A DNA stretch of 64,000 nucleotides from a virus (lineage: Duplodnaviria; Caudoviricetes), in the IMG/VR virus record IMGVR_UViG_3300003316_000301, positions 64,001-128,000 of that record, one strand, 5' to 3'. Below the pieces are notes generated by a model. It made no database searches and was not told the DNA's origin. It saw only the letters and a program-made list of their open reading frames with translations. Both the position numbers and the translations under genes were made by a program. Below are positions 43,855-53,908 of the stretch, piece by piece. Position 1 is the stretch's first letter. The number at the start of each line of letters is the position of its first letter.

Positions 43855-44510
43855 GGATCCTCTGCCGTTTCAAGTGCCTTGGGCTTTCCGCCTGACATCA
43901 GGGCCCGGAGCACCGGGTGCTGGGCCAGGGCCGCGCCGTACGCCTGGAGGTGCTCGATGGGGATGAACTGCTGAGCGACCTCCATATACGCCACGAGGGC
44001 CTGCTGCCAGGCCGCCGAGTCGAGACCCTCCTCCGTGGAGGACTCGATCGCGTGCTGCATCCGGATCGCGGTCAGCAGCTCGGACATGGACGGCTTCAGC
44101 TCGCCCCGGGCGAGGCGCTCCATGCCCCGCTGGACGATCAGCTCGTTCACCGTGGCGTAGTTGGCCAGCGAGGTCGCGTGGTTCTCGATGTCGCGACCGA
44201 TCTGCTTGGCCCGCTCCTCCACCAGCGCCCGTTCAGCCGTCGGGCCGATCGGCATGTGACCGTTGTTCACGTGGTCACGGATGGACTGGTACGAGGGGTT
44301 CGGCAGGCGCCCCGGCTCCCGGTCGGCCACCACGGCGGCGATCCGCGAGTACGAGTGCTGCTCCAGGATCGCCTGCTCGATCTCCATGCGGTACGGGCTC
44401 ATGCAGGTCCGGCACTGAGGCACCCGCTTCATCGGGTACTTCCGGCCGTTGACCTCCACCATGAGGACCGAGCCCGGACGGCCCTCCGGCAGCGCCCTAG
44501 CTTCCGTCAT
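43848..44510 (-). CDS. Zn-finger/HTH protein, candidate terminase small subunit
   Basis: CRTCMSPYRMEIEQAI..SYSRIA..SIRDH..H; lies upstream of terL. Confidence 0.5.
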   Translation of the reverse strand: MTEARALPEGRPGSVLMVEVNGRKYPMKRVPQCRTCMSPYRMEIEQAILEQHSYSRIAAVVADREPGRLPNPSYQSIRDHVNNGHMPIGPTAERALVEERAKQIGRDIENHATSLANYATVNELIVQRGMERLARGELKPSMSELLTAIRMQHAIESSTEEGLDSAAWQQALVAYMEVAQQFIPIEHLQAYGAALAQHPVLRALMSGGKPKALETAEDPT

Positions 44511-44994
44511 TGATCTTCACCACCTGGTAGTGGCCCTCGTCCGGGGCCTTGCTGAACACGGAACCACACCGGCAGGTGACCTCCAGAGGCCTGCTGCTCA
44601 TGTACTTCGAGCAGATGGGGCATTTGATGCGCATCTGACCGCCCCAGTAGATCCTCAGGTCGTAGACCTCTCCGGCCTCCACGAACTCATCATCGCGGTG
44701 AAAGCGCGGGTCGCCGCCAGTGCGGAGGTCGGCGGGTAGGGGCACCTTCCCGTCCACGCTGTTCAGGTGCGGGTGGGCTGAATTCCACGCCCGGTGGAAC
44801 ATGCCACGTCGCAACGCGCCATCCGGCACCCCCTCCGGCGTGTAGACCTCGCGGCGCTTGCGGTCCTGGTCTTTCCACGGCGTCAGGATGTCCGACTTCG
44901 CCGACATGGAGGTCACACCCTCCAGCGACTTCCGGATCATCTCCGTTGCTGCGTCGTCCAGTTGCTGATGAACGCCGGAATGTAGCTGCCCCAT
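44497..44994 (-). CDS. Hypothetical protein with C-terminal Zn ribbon
   Basis: CPIC..CRCG; start may be 44907. Confidence 0.65.
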   Translation of the reverse strand: MGQLHSGVHQQLDDAATEMIRKSLEGVTSMSAKSDILTPWKDQDRKRREVYTPEGVPDGALRRGMFHRAWNSAHPHLNSVDGKVPLPADLRTGGDPRFHRDDEFVEAGEVYDLRIYWGGQMRIKCPICSKYMSSRPLEVTCRCGSVFSKAPDEGHYQVVKINDGS

Positions 44995-45343
44995 GCTCGT
45001 CTTCGCTTTCCGTCCGATAGCGAGGCAGTTTTCCGCTCGCGATCATCTCCAGGATCTTTTCGAGGCCGTGCGTGGCGTACGACGCGACCGGGTTGGAGAC
45101 GGAGACACCCATGCGCCGGGCGACGTCCTTCTCCCTGATGTTCTGCACCAGGAACAGTTCGATGGCCTGCTGCTGCCGGGGGCTCAGATGCACCCGGGCT
45201 TCGTAGAGGTATTCGATGTCGTGAAGGGAGTACATGACTCCGTCGGGGGCCGTGATCGTGTCGATCCCGTCCGACTCGTACAGCGAACGAAAGGCCTCCA
45301 GGTTCTTCAGGAGAGACCGGAGCACGCTCACCGTCAGCGCCAA
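44690..45343 (-). CDS. Sigma70 region 4-like HTH protein
   Basis: LSPRQQQAIELFLVQNIREKDVARRMGVS; C-terminal ~100 aa overlap the next gene. Confidence 0.65.
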   Translation of the reverse strand: MALTVSVLRSLLKNLEAFRSLYESDGIDTITAPDGVMYSLHDIEYLYEARVHLSPRQQQAIELFLVQNIREKDVARRMGVSVSNPVASYATHGLEKILEMIASGKLPRYRTESEDEHGAATFRRSSATGRRSNGDDPEVAGGCDLHVGEVGHPDAVERPGPQAPRGLHAGGGAGWRVATWHVPPGVEFSPPAPEQRGREGAPTRRPPHWRRPALSPR

Positions 45344-45421
45344 TTCCCCACGCGTTCCTCTCCCCGACCTGAAGCAACAGCCCCTGTAGTCGGGGCCGAC
45401 GGAATATGCCGTCTACGACGC

Positions 45422-45450
45422 AGCGTAAGGGATCTACGCCTAACTGCCAA
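45422..45450 (-). promoter_or_regulatory. Promoter TTGGCA-N17-TACGCT lacking the spacer dyad
   Basis: Upstream of the sigma-like gene. Confidence 0.5.
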
Positions 45451-45480
45451 CAAACCCTGGGGCAGCACCCCAGGGTTTGT
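45450..45480 (-). terminator. Hairpin terminator
   Basis: acaaaccctgggg-cagca-ccccagggtttgt. Confidence 0.7.
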
Positions 45481-45520
45481 GGCTGATCTGCAATTATCCG
45501 CTACGCGGCGTGACTCTTGA

Positions 45521-46201
45521 TCACACGGACAGGACGTCCTTGAGGCGCTGAGAGAGCAGATTCATGGACTTCACGAGAGCATCAGCTCTCCAGCTCAACG
45601 TAGTCTGAAAGATGCCCGCGAAGCGGTCCTCCCGGGCGTGCCTCCGGGCCGCCTGGGTACGGTCCTCCACCGTGCGCCCTCCCGGCGCCGAGCGGGCGTC
45701 CTGGTACCCCTGTGAGAGCGCCTGCTCCCAGATGGCCTTGGCGTACATGGCGTCACCCCTGATGGAGGCAGCCTCCTGCTCCCAGGCGAACAGCCGGACC
45801 GTGATGCGGAAGAGGAAGTCCCGCACGTGCGCCGAGGTGAGCCGGGAGTAGTCCTCGATGTACCCGCCAGTGTCGGTGCGGGCCCACATGGTGAAACCGT
45901 GCTCGTCCTCCTGGATCTCCTGGGTCACCGGATCCACCAGGGGCTCACGGACGATCTCGTACAGATCGTTGATGATCACGTACGCATCGCCGAAGCGCTC
46001 CAGCATGATCCGGTCGGCGATCCCCCGCAGCCCGTCCACGGCGTCCTGGTCCTCCGGCCGCAGGTCGTGCCGCATGCGGCCCTCCCGGCGCGGGGTGAAC
46101 TCCTGGGTGCGGTCGTCATGAGGCTCCACGGACATGGGCCGGTCGGCCTCCGCCGACTCGTCGCGGATGATCTGGTCCTCGGTCCGGTCGTCCTCAGACA
46201 C
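45521..46201 (-). CDS. Hypothetical protein
   Basis: Coupled to ruvC. Confidence 0.75.
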   Translation of the reverse strand: MSEDDRTEDQIIRDESAEADRPMSVEPHDDRTQEFTPRREGRMRHDLRPEDQDAVDGLRGIADRIMLERFGDAYVIINDLYEIVREPLVDPVTQEIQEDEHGFTMWARTDTGGYIEDYSRLTSAHVRDFLFRITVRLFAWEQEAASIRGDAMYAKAIWEQALSQGYQDARSAPGGRTVEDRTQAARRHAREDRFAGIFQTTLSWRADALVKSMNLLSQRLKDVLSV

Positions 46202-46811
46202 GGTGGATCGCCTTCAGGCCGACGAAGACCGCGTCCCGCACGTGCTCCGTCCACGCACCGGTGCCCTTCTCGTGCCAGGTCACCAGGGATTCCACGACGT
46301 CGCTGGAGACCTTCTTCGTGGCCCCCTTGTCCCCACAGAGGGCCGCAGCGGCCGAGGTGCGGGAGACGAACGTGGGCCACGGCTTGCCGATCCGGTCCAG
46401 TTCGATACAGATCGTCACGGCGGCCACGAGAGAGGACTCCGTGCGGTACCCGGTGACCGACGGCAGTTCGATGACCACTTCGTCGTACGAGTACAGATGA
46501 TCTCCGAGCAGCGTCCTGAGCCGCCGGGCCAGAACCACGGCCTTGGTGAAGGTCCCCTCGAAGCCCTTGGTGTCCACCTGGGGCGGCCGGATCGTGCCGG
46601 AGTGGGCCACGTGGATCTGGTTGCGGGTGCCCAGCAGGGCCCAGCCGCAGTTGTTCAGGGCCTGGTCAAAGCACAGGACCTTGCGGTCCGGCTCGAAGTC
46701 GTCCGGCAACGGGGGGCGCCAGTCCTTGGCGGGCTGGACCTTCCGCGCTCTGGCGGCCTCTTCCTTGATCCGCCGGAGGATCTCCTCCGGCAGCATGCTC
46801 GTCACGCTCAT
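46194..46811 (-). CDS. ruvC: RuvC-like Holliday junction resolvase
   Basis: VLCFDQALNNCGWAL, VVIE, ATKK, HVRDA. Confidence 0.8.
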   Translation of the reverse strand: MSVTSMLPEEILRRIKEEAARARKVQPAKDWRPPLPDDFEPDRKVLCFDQALNNCGWALLGTRNQIHVAHSGTIRPPQVDTKGFEGTFTKAVVLARRLRTLLGDHLYSYDEVVIELPSVTGYRTESSLVAAVTICIELDRIGKPWPTFVSRTSAAAALCGDKGATKKVSSDVVESLVTWHEKGTGAWTEHVRDAVFVGLKAIHRV

Positions 46812-46828
46812 GGTCTCTCCTGGCGGGA

Positions 46829-47674
46829 TCAGATGGTTCGGATGGTGCAGCCCGTGGCGGCGCAGGAACCGGCCTCAGGGCTCCGTACGGCGCAGCAGGG
46901 CTCCGGCATGTAGCCGGTGTCGGCCCAGCTCCTCACGCGGCGGTACTTGGCCTCTAGGGCCAGCACGTACGCGGCGTCGTACTCGACGTGGATCTCCTTC
47001 ATGACCCAGGGGAAGCCCATGCCGATGAACAGCATGATCATCATCCGGAGGCCGGAGAGGGCCATGTACTCCTGCATCTGGCCGTAGTAGTACGGGTGCT
47101 TGGTCTTCAGCCACTCCAGCGCCTTCTCGCTGGTCGGCCCGTCCGGGATCTTGGCGGCCGAGAAGTGGTTGATGGTCTTGATGTCCAGGCCGGTCATGCC
47201 GAGGGACGGGGTGAGCACCACGCCGTCCATGTGGCCCCGGCGCTTCAGTTCGTGGTCGACGACCCCCGGCTCCCCGCACTGGCCCTCCTTGGGGCCGTAC
47301 GGGCGCGAACAGGCCGGGCAGGTCCCCTGGGGGATCTGCCAGATCCGGAGGTCCCTGAGGGCCATCTGGACGATCTCGTGCTCCAGGGTGCCCACGGTGA
47401 CCGACATGCGGCCCTCGTAGCTCCAGGGCTCCGGCTCCCACCGGTCCGGCTGGGTGAGGTACAGGTAGAGCTTGCGCTCCGGCATGGTCGGGTGGGTGGA
47501 GGGCCAGAACCAGTCGTTGGGCTCCCGGTCGGGATCCCCGCCCTCCAGCCGGATCATCGTGTTTCGGGGGAACCGGCCCTCGGCGATGTAGAGACGCACC
47601 AGCGGCGCGAGGACGTAGCCGCTTGCGGCGGCAGCCCCCTCGCGCCGCATAGCGGCTTCAGGATCGAAGCTCAT
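46829..47674 (-). CDS. Cas4-like PD-(D/E)XK exonuclease
   Basis: GT..H, GHMDG, DIKT, QMQEY, C-terminal Cys cluster. Confidence 0.8.
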   Translation of the reverse strand: MSFDPEAAMRREGAAAASGYVLAPLVRLYIAEGRFPRNTMIRLEGGDPDREPNDWFWPSTHPTMPERKLYLYLTQPDRWEPEPWSYEGRMSVTVGTLEHEIVQMALRDLRIWQIPQGTCPACSRPYGPKEGQCGEPGVVDHELKRRGHMDGVVLTPSLGMTGLDIKTINHFSAAKIPDGPTSEKALEWLKTKHPYYYGQMQEYMALSGLRMMIMLFIGMGFPWVMKEIHVEYDAAYVLALEAKYRRVRSWADTGYMPEPCCAVRSPEAGSCAATGCTIRTI

Positions 47675-48108
47675 CGGCAGCAGTCACAGCCCTGGGTCAT
47701 CGTCAGCTCGATCTTCTTGCTGGCGATCCTCTCGCTCAACTCCTGCTGGGCCTGCCACTTCCGGGCGTCCGCGAGGACCTCGGCAAAGAACCGGGAGTCC
47801 ACCACGGTCAGGTCGGTGTCGACCTTGCGGAGCGTCTCGTCCGCGTAGAAGCGCAGGTGCAGCGAGGGCTCCATGCCCTGGAAGGTCTGCTCCCTGGCCT
47901 TGGCCCACATGTCCCGGGTGATGCCGATGGACTTGCCCAGGGTGGACTTGCCGTCCCCGGCCATGGCGTACGGGACGGCCGGGTCGTTCACCACGTCCAT
48001 CTGGTTGTGCCACTGGTTGCCGGAACCCTTCTGGACGCGGCCCTTCAGCCACTCGGCGATGTCCGCCTCATGCGCGTCGCCCATCTGCTGGTTCAACGTC
48101 CTCGGCAT
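47671..48108 (-). CDS. PD-(D/E)XK endonuclease (resolvase-like)
   Basis: HEADIA..GSGNQW..MDV..DGKST. Confidence 0.65.
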   Translation of the reverse strand: MPRTLNQQMGDAHEADIAEWLKGRVQKGSGNQWHNQMDVVNDPAVPYAMAGDGKSTLGKSIGITRDMWAKAREQTFQGMEPSLHLRFYADETLRKVDTDLTVVDSRFFAEVLADARKWQAQQELSERIASKKIELTMTQGCDCCR

Positions 48109-48475
48109 CCTGATCCTCCCACAGCTTGTTCTTGACGGTCTCGCAGTAGACCGCGATGTGCAGCAGCCCGGCCGGACCTGCCTCGGGCCAGATCAGTACG
48201 CGCTCGCCGGGGTGGATGACCCGGCCGTGGCAGATGCAGCGCTTGGAGATCTCGGGGATCTCCGGGTCGTAGTCCCGCCACTCCGGCACGAGGCCCTCCC
48301 AGGCCCGCCGGGGGCGGTCCTTGCGCCAGTTATGACGCAGGACCTGTCGCCGGTAGAGCCTCCAGCCCCCGGCGACCACCAGCGCGGCCATCAGGCCGGT
48401 GAGGACGCCGAAGAGGAAGGAGGTGACCTGGAAGAACCAGGTCAGGAAGTCGAGGAACGCGAAGAAGTCATCCAT
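48068..48475 (-). CDS. Membrane protein
   Basis: N-terminal TM; CICHG. Confidence 0.65.
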   Translation of the reverse strand: MDDFFAFLDFLTWFFQVTSFLFGVLTGLMAALVVAGGWRLYRRQVLRHNWRKDRPRRAWEGLVPEWRDYDPEIPEISKRCICHGRVIHPGERVLIWPEAGPAGLLHIAVYCETVKNKLWEDQDAEDVEPADGRRA

Positions 48476-48514
48476 GGGGACCCCCGGGATTTGCTGTGGT
48501 GTGCATCACTCCTA

Positions 48515-49600
48515 TCACCCCCGCCGGAACTCGATGGAGGCCTCGGGGGTCAGCTCACCGGCGATCGACTCCAGGGACTTGGCCCGGACGGCCTCCAGGG
48601 CCTTGGGGTCGTCCCGCAGGCGCCTGATGGCTGCGGCCTTGCCGTTCTCCTTGGTGCCGTCGGGGAAGACCCAGTAGTGGCCGTTGCCCTTCACCAGAGC
48701 CTCGGTCTTCACGCCGACGTCGAAGGCCTCGGCGGCCACGTCGATGCCCGCCGGGTTGCCGTCGAACTCGACCTTGTTGAACCAGAACTTCGCGATCCCT
48801 CCGGCCGTACGGAGCTTGCTGCGCTCCACGCGGGCGGTGACCGTGTGGGCGACCTCGATCTCCTGGCCGTCGCTGTCCTTGATCTTGGTCGTGTCCTCGG
48901 CGCCGAAGCCTCGGCGCATGACCACGGAGTCCGTGGTGGTGTAGCCCATGATCATGGGACCGGCCGCCTTGTCCCCGCCCATGGCGAAGTCCGTGCGGTA
49001 CTGGTTCACCAGGATCGTGCCGGTGTTGGAGTCGTTGCCGATCACCGCAACCTGCTTGCACAGGCGGGAGATGACCTGGGCGTTCTTGCCCATGTCGCTC
49101 TCCTCGGCGCCCTTCTCGTACATGGCCTCCGCGCGCTCCATGGAGCCGATGGAGTCCACGCCGACGAGGGAGAACAGCTCCGAGCGGAGCATGTCCCGCA
49201 GGATGTCCGAGACCTCCTCGGAGGACTGCGGCTTGACGTACAGCAGGCGCTTCTTGCTGACATCGATCCCCATGGCCTGCGCCCGCTCCCAGGTCCAGGT
49301 GCGCTCCATGTCGATGTAGCCGACCTGGAGGTCCGGGTACTCCTTCTGGGCGTTGGCGAGGCCGATCATCACCATGGCCGTCTTGCAGCAGCCCGGCTTG
49401 CCGATGACCTGGTGCATGCGTCCACGGGCCCAGCCACCTCCCAGAGCGACGTCCAGCCCCGCGACGCCCGTCGGGACGTACAGGATCTCCTCGGCCGTCT
49501 CGTGGCGCTCCACGCGGTCTCCGTAGCGCTTCTCCATCTGGGCCCGGAAGGCATCCAGGGAGGACGGCGGAGAGTAGGCCTTCTTGGTCTTCGGGGGCAT
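48515..49600 (-). CDS. recA: RecA-like recombinase
   Basis: PTGVAGLDVALGGGWARGR, GKPGCCKT, YIDME, VDSI, LVNQYR. Confidence 0.9.
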   Translation of the reverse strand: MPPKTKKAYSPPSSLDAFRAQMEKRYGDRVERHETAEEILYVPTGVAGLDVALGGGWARGRMHQVIGKPGCCKTAMVMIGLANAQKEYPDLQVGYIDMERTWTWERAQAMGIDVSKKRLLYVKPQSSEEVSDILRDMLRSELFSLVGVDSIGSMERAEAMYEKGAEESDMGKNAQVISRLCKQVAVIGNDSNTGTILVNQYRTDFAMGGDKAAGPMIMGYTTTDSVVMRRGFGAEDTTKIKDSDGQEIEVAHTVTARVERSKLRTAGGIAKFWFNKVEFDGNPAGIDVAAEAFDVGVKTEALVKGNGHYWVFPDGTKENGKAAAIRRLRDDPKALEAVRAKSLESIAGELTPEASIEFRRG

Positions 49601-49608
49601 CGGATCTC

Positions 49609-49998
49609 CTACTGGTTCCGGGCGTTGCCGAGGGTCTGGCTGTTGCCGAACCTGGTGTCGTGACTGACCTGGGCCGGACCCCGGTACTCCAGGGCGCTGG
49701 CCGTCTGCGTGGTCCCGGTGGGCTCGGCGTCGCCCAGGAACACCTGGACGTACTCCTCCGGGCTGCTCGCGATGTTCCTGCGCTGGCCGTCGATCTCCAG
49801 CGAGGTGGCGGACTGGACCCACTGCCCCCGGAAGAGCCGGTAGGTGCAGGTCATGCGGACACGGTCGTTCTCGTGCTCCAGCACGAGGTGGATCCCCCGG
49901 CGGACCACCGTGGGCTCCACCGAGGTGTGCTCGGTCAGGAAGTCCCGGAGGATCCGGATGAAGGGCGGGACGTGCTCTGGTCGCACGGGTGAGGACAT
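49609..49998 (-). CDS. Hypothetical protein
   Basis: AAGGAG SD. Confidence 0.7.
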   Translation of the reverse strand: MSSPVRPEHVPPFIRILRDFLTEHTSVEPTVVRRGIHLVLEHENDRVRMTCTYRLFRGQWVQSATSLEIDGQRRNIASSPEEYVQVFLGDAEPTGTTQTASALEYRGPAQVSHDTRFGNSQTLGNARNQ

Positions 49999-50010
49999 GG
50001 CGGGATCTCC

Positions 50011-53000
50011 TTACACAGGGAGGTATTCCTGCACGATGTAGCCCTTGTCGTCGGCCTGCTTCTCCAGGACGACCAGACAGAGCTGACCCTCGTGCATACC
50101 GGTCTTGATCTCGGCCCACTTCCGGGGGAAGCAGACGGCCTCCACGGTGGACAGCTCGGTGTCCAGGTTCAGGAAGGCCATCTCGTCCCCGCTGGCGCGG
50201 GTCTTGGTCTTGCGGATGCCCATCAGGATCGCGGCGACCGTGTACATCCGACCCGCGTCCCCCTCAGGCATCTCCTCAGCGTCTCCCAGCAGGCGCTGCC
50301 GGTCGACCGGGTCGAGCCGGTCGAACGGGGTCGACGAGAGGAACACCCCGAGCAACTCGTGCTCGATCGCCCGGATCGTCTCGTCGTCGTACGGCTCCAC
50401 GGAGCCCAGGTCCAGCGGGGGCCGGGGCGTGTACTGGCGGCAGGCCTTGGTGCAGCGCTTCGGCGGGGGCTTCCTGGGGAGGACCTTGAGGGTCCTCGGG
50501 TTGACCGGCGGCTCCTCGGTGCTCCAGTCGAACCCGCAGCCCGCCGGTGCGCCCTCGTGGCAGGTGCCGGAGCCGAGGTGGACGCACTTCGCGTCCTCCT
50601 TGCTCTTGCGCATCTCCAGCAGGCGCACCAAGCCCGCGCGATGGGGCTCCAGCGAGTCCATGGCGCCGACCTTGGCCAGCAGCATCTGGATGCCCGCGTT
50701 GGCACCGGAGCCCTTCTGGGTCACGTACTCGTCGAAGGCCTCCCAGGAGGCGTACGGCTGCCCGGCGATCAGGTAGTCGACGGCGGCCTCGCCGATGCCG
50801 TTGATCGCGTCCAGCCCGTAGCGGACGGCCAGCGGCTCGGCCTGGAAGCCCTTGCGGGAGGCGTTGATGTCCGGCGGGAGCACGGTGTACCCGTTGCGGC
50901 GCACCTCCTTGATGAACTCCGGGATCCGCTTCTGGTCGATCGTGCTCAGGGCGGCCGTGAAGAACTCCACCGGGTAGTGGAACTTCAGCCAGGCCGTCCA
51001 GTACGCGAGGACTGCGTAGGCGTACGCGTGGGCCTTGCCGAACGAGTACTTGGCGAACTCGGCCATCTGGTCCCACAGATGCTGGGCGGCCTCGCGCTCC
51101 ATGCCGTTGGCCACGGCCCGGGTGACGAACTCCTGGCCTGCCGGACCGATCTTCTCGATCTTCTTCTTGCCGAGGATCTTGCGGACCTCGTCGGCCTCGT
51201 CGGAGGTGTAGCCGCCCAGGACGATGCAGGCGGACATGATCTGCTCCTGGTAGATCATGCAGCCCCAGGTGGGACCGAGGATCTCCTCCATGCGGGGGTC
51301 GGGGTAGCTCACCGGCTCCAGCCCGGCCCGCCGCTTCAGGTACAGCTCGGTCAGGCCGGAGCGCATGGGGCCCGGCCGCACCAGGGTGATCATGTCGCAC
51401 AGCTCGGCCAGCGTGAGCGGGCCCATGCGCTGGCACAGCCGGGTACCGGCGTGCGTCTCGATCTGGAAGATCCCGAGGGTCTTGGCCGCCGCGACCTCTT
51501 CCCAGACCTGCGGGTCCTGGTACTCCTCCTGCCAGTCGTAGACGTCCACCGAGACGTCCCGGATCTCCTTGACCAGGTCCACCGTCCATTGGACTGTGTC
51601 CAAAGTTCGAATGGTGAGGATGTCGAACTTCACCAGGCCCATGGACTCCAGCGCGTTCATGTCGAACTGGGTGACCATCCGGCCGTCCTCGCCGCCCATG
51701 AGCGGGAGCCAGCCGGTCAGGGCCCGGTCCGTGGAGATCACGACACCGGCCGCGTGCTTGCCGTAGCTCTTCAGGCGTCCCTGGAGCCGGTCCGCCATGG
51801 AGAACAGTTCGGGGTACTTCTCCCGGTAGGGCTGGAGGTCGTCACCGAACTGGGCCCACAGGTCCTCCCAGGCCATGCCGAGACCGGCCTTGTCCGACTC
51901 CGCCAGCTTCACAATGTCGGCGACCTTCGCCATGTCCTTGTGGACCTCTGCACGGCGCTCTGCGAGCCTCTCCCGGGCCCGGCCGATGGCGGAGTCCACC
52001 CCGGACTCCAGAGCCTCGTCCAGGGCCGCCTGCTCCTTGGCGACCATCACAGACATCATCGAGCGCGTGAGGTCCTTGACGATGCCCTTGGACTTCAGGC
52101 GCAGGTGCGTGCCGATCTGGACCACGAAGTCGGCCCCGTAGGTGTCGGCCAGGTACCCGAGGATCTTCTCCTTCATGGACGCCGGGAAGTCGACGTCGAA
52201 GTCCGGCAGGGAGGTCCGGCCCTCGGTCATGAAACGCTCGAAGGGAAGGTCTCCCTCCACCGGGTCGATCTCGGTGATCCCGCACAGGTACGCGACCAGG
52301 GAGCCGCCGCCGGAGCCGCGTCCCGGACCCACGAGGATGCCCTCCTCCTTGGCCCACCGGCAGTAGTCGGCGACCATCAGGAAGTACCCGCAGAAGTCCT
52401 TCTGCTTGAGCAGGGCGAACTCCCGCTCGAAGCGGGCCATGTAGTCCTCGGACCGGCCTTTGGTCTCTACCTTGGACCAGCTCGCCAGACAGACGTCCAG
52501 GAGACGTTCCGTGTCCCTCTTGTGGCCGCCCTTCTTAGAGAAGACCGGAGGTTCGGGTTTGCCCCCGATCCGCGCGTCCGTACGGGTGACAAGGTCGAGC
52601 GTGTTGCCGACCGCCTCTTCGACCGCTTCAGGACCGAGGTAGGCCAGCCCGCGCCGGACGTCCTCCTCTGTCTGCATGTAGAGATCAAGGTTGACTGCGA
52701 AGAGGTCTCCCTCGTCGGCGACGTCCTTGTCCGTCTGGACGGCGATCCAAGCCTGATGAGCATCATGGTCAGTCTGCTGGGGGTAGTGGGAGTCGACCGT
52801 GGCCATGAGGGGGACCCCGAACTCCTTCCCCAGACGGACCATCGCCTCATTGACCTTGCGCTGCTCTGCGAGCGCATTGGGCTGCACCTCCAGGTAGAAA
52901 CGGTCCCCGAAGATGTCCAGGAGCTTGGCCAGGTTCGTCCGGGCCAGCCCCTCGTCGTCGTTGAGGACCGGGACGGCCAGGGGGCCACGGAGGCAGCCGG

Positions 53001-53805
53001 AGGCCGCCATGATGCCCGTGGAGTGCCTCCGGAGGGTGTCCCAGTCCATCCGGGGCTTCTTGTCGTACATGCCGTCGCGGAAGGACTCCGTGGACATGGC
53101 CCAGAGGTTGTGGAGCCCCTCGTCGTCCATGGCCCACAGAATCAGGTGGTGGTACCCGTACCGGATCTCCCTGTTCTGCTCGGGGGTGTTGTCCGGCGAA
53201 GAGCGGGCGAAGCGGTCGTCCTGGAAGTACGCCTCGATGCCGAAGACCGGCTTGATCCCGGCCTTGTCGCACTCGGCCTGAAGCTCGGGGTGGCCGGAGA
53301 CTCGTCCGTGGTCGGTCAGGGCCAGGCCGGGCTGGCCGTCGGCCACCGCCTGGGCCACCAGTTCGGAGACGGTGCTCAGGCCGTCCAGGGAGGAGTACTC
53401 CGCGTGGGTGTGGCCGTGCACGAAGCCGGTACGGGCCAGGGTCTGCCGGGGGATCACCAGTCCCCCGCGCGGGGCCGCGTAGACCTCGGAGTAGTCGGGT
53501 ACGTGGTCGAACAGGGACCACGAGGACCGGGGGATGACGTAGTTGGGCCGACGCTCCTCGCGGTCCTCCGCGAAGCGCTCGGCCGTCATCGCACGGATTT
53601 TAAAATCGGAAGGGGAGATGATCCCCACGGCACCGGCGGCACTCGCGCGGGCCCACAGGGGTCCGTAGACCTCGTCGGCCGAGTGGTGCAGCAGCCAGCG
53701 CATGCCGTCCTCGGTGCTCTCCACGAGGCAGACGGCAGGGTACGTACGGCCCTCCAGGACGATCGTGTCCTGGCGATCGGCCATGTACGACTCGATCAGT
53801 TGCAC
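50011..53805 (-). CDS. dnaE: DNA polymerase III alpha subunit with N-terminal extension
   Basis: HTHAEYSSLDG, LTDHG, GPGRGSGGGSLV, LPDFDVDF, HAAGVV, GIFQ, YSFGKAHA; AGGAGG SD before GTG at 53805. Confidence 0.95.
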   Translation of the reverse strand: MQLIESYMADRQDTIVLEGRTYPAVCLVESTEDGMRWLLHHSADEVYGPLWARASAAGAVGIISPSDFKIRAMTAERFAEDREERRPNYVIPRSSWSLFDHVPDYSEVYAAPRGGLVIPRQTLARTGFVHGHTHAEYSSLDGLSTVSELVAQAVADGQPGLALTDHGRVSGHPELQAECDKAGIKPVFGIEAYFQDDRFARSSPDNTPEQNREIRYGYHHLILWAMDDEGLHNLWAMSTESFRDGMYDKKPRMDWDTLRRHSTGIMAASGCLRGPLAVPVLNDDEGLARTNLAKLLDIFGDRFYLEVQPNALAEQRKVNEAMVRLGKEFGVPLMATVDSHYPQQTDHDAHQAWIAVQTDKDVADEGDLFAVNLDLYMQTEEDVRRGLAYLGPEAVEEAVGNTLDLVTRTDARIGGKPEPPVFSKKGGHKRDTERLLDVCLASWSKVETKGRSEDYMARFEREFALLKQKDFCGYFLMVADYCRWAKEEGILVGPGRGSGGGSLVAYLCGITEIDPVEGDLPFERFMTEGRTSLPDFDVDFPASMKEKILGYLADTYGADFVVQIGTHLRLKSKGIVKDLTRSMMSVMVAKEQAALDEALESGVDSAIGRARERLAERRAEVHKDMAKVADIVKLAESDKAGLGMAWEDLWAQFGDDLQPYREKYPELFSMADRLQGRLKSYGKHAAGVVISTDRALTGWLPLMGGEDGRMVTQFDMNALESMGLVKFDILTIRTLDTVQWTVDLVKEIRDVSVDVYDWQEEYQDPQVWEEVAAAKTLGIFQIETHAGTRLCQRMGPLTLAELCDMITLVRPGPMRSGLTELYLKRRAGLEPVSYPDPRMEEILGPTWGCMIYQEQIMSACIVLGGYTSDEADEVRKILGKKKIEKIGPAGQEFVTRAVANGMEREAAQHLWDQMAEFAKYSFGKAHAYAYAVLAYWTAWLKFHYPVEFFTAALSTIDQKRIPEFIKEVRRNGYTVLPPDINASRKGFQAEPLAVRYGLDAINGIGEAAVDYLIAGQPYASWEAFDEYVTQKGSGANAGIQMLLAKVGAMDSLEPHRAGLVRLLEMRKSKEDAKCVHLGSGTCHEGAPAGCGFDWSTEEPPVNPRTLKVLPRKPPPKRCTKACRQYTPRPPLDLGSVEPYDDETIRAIEHELLGVFLSSTPFDRLDPVDRQRLLGDAEEMPEGDAGRMYTVAAILMGIRKTKTRASGDEMAFLNLDTELSTVEAVCFPRKWAEIKTGMHEGQLCLVVLEKQADDKGYIVQEYLPV

Positions 53806-53908
53806 AGGTCCTCCTGCTGGCGGGATCAAGACAGCCACCCGCGCCTCAACCGGGGCCCAAGGCAACCCGGCGCGGGTGGCTGTCGTTCAGTGGGTCGTGG
53901 TCAGAGAC

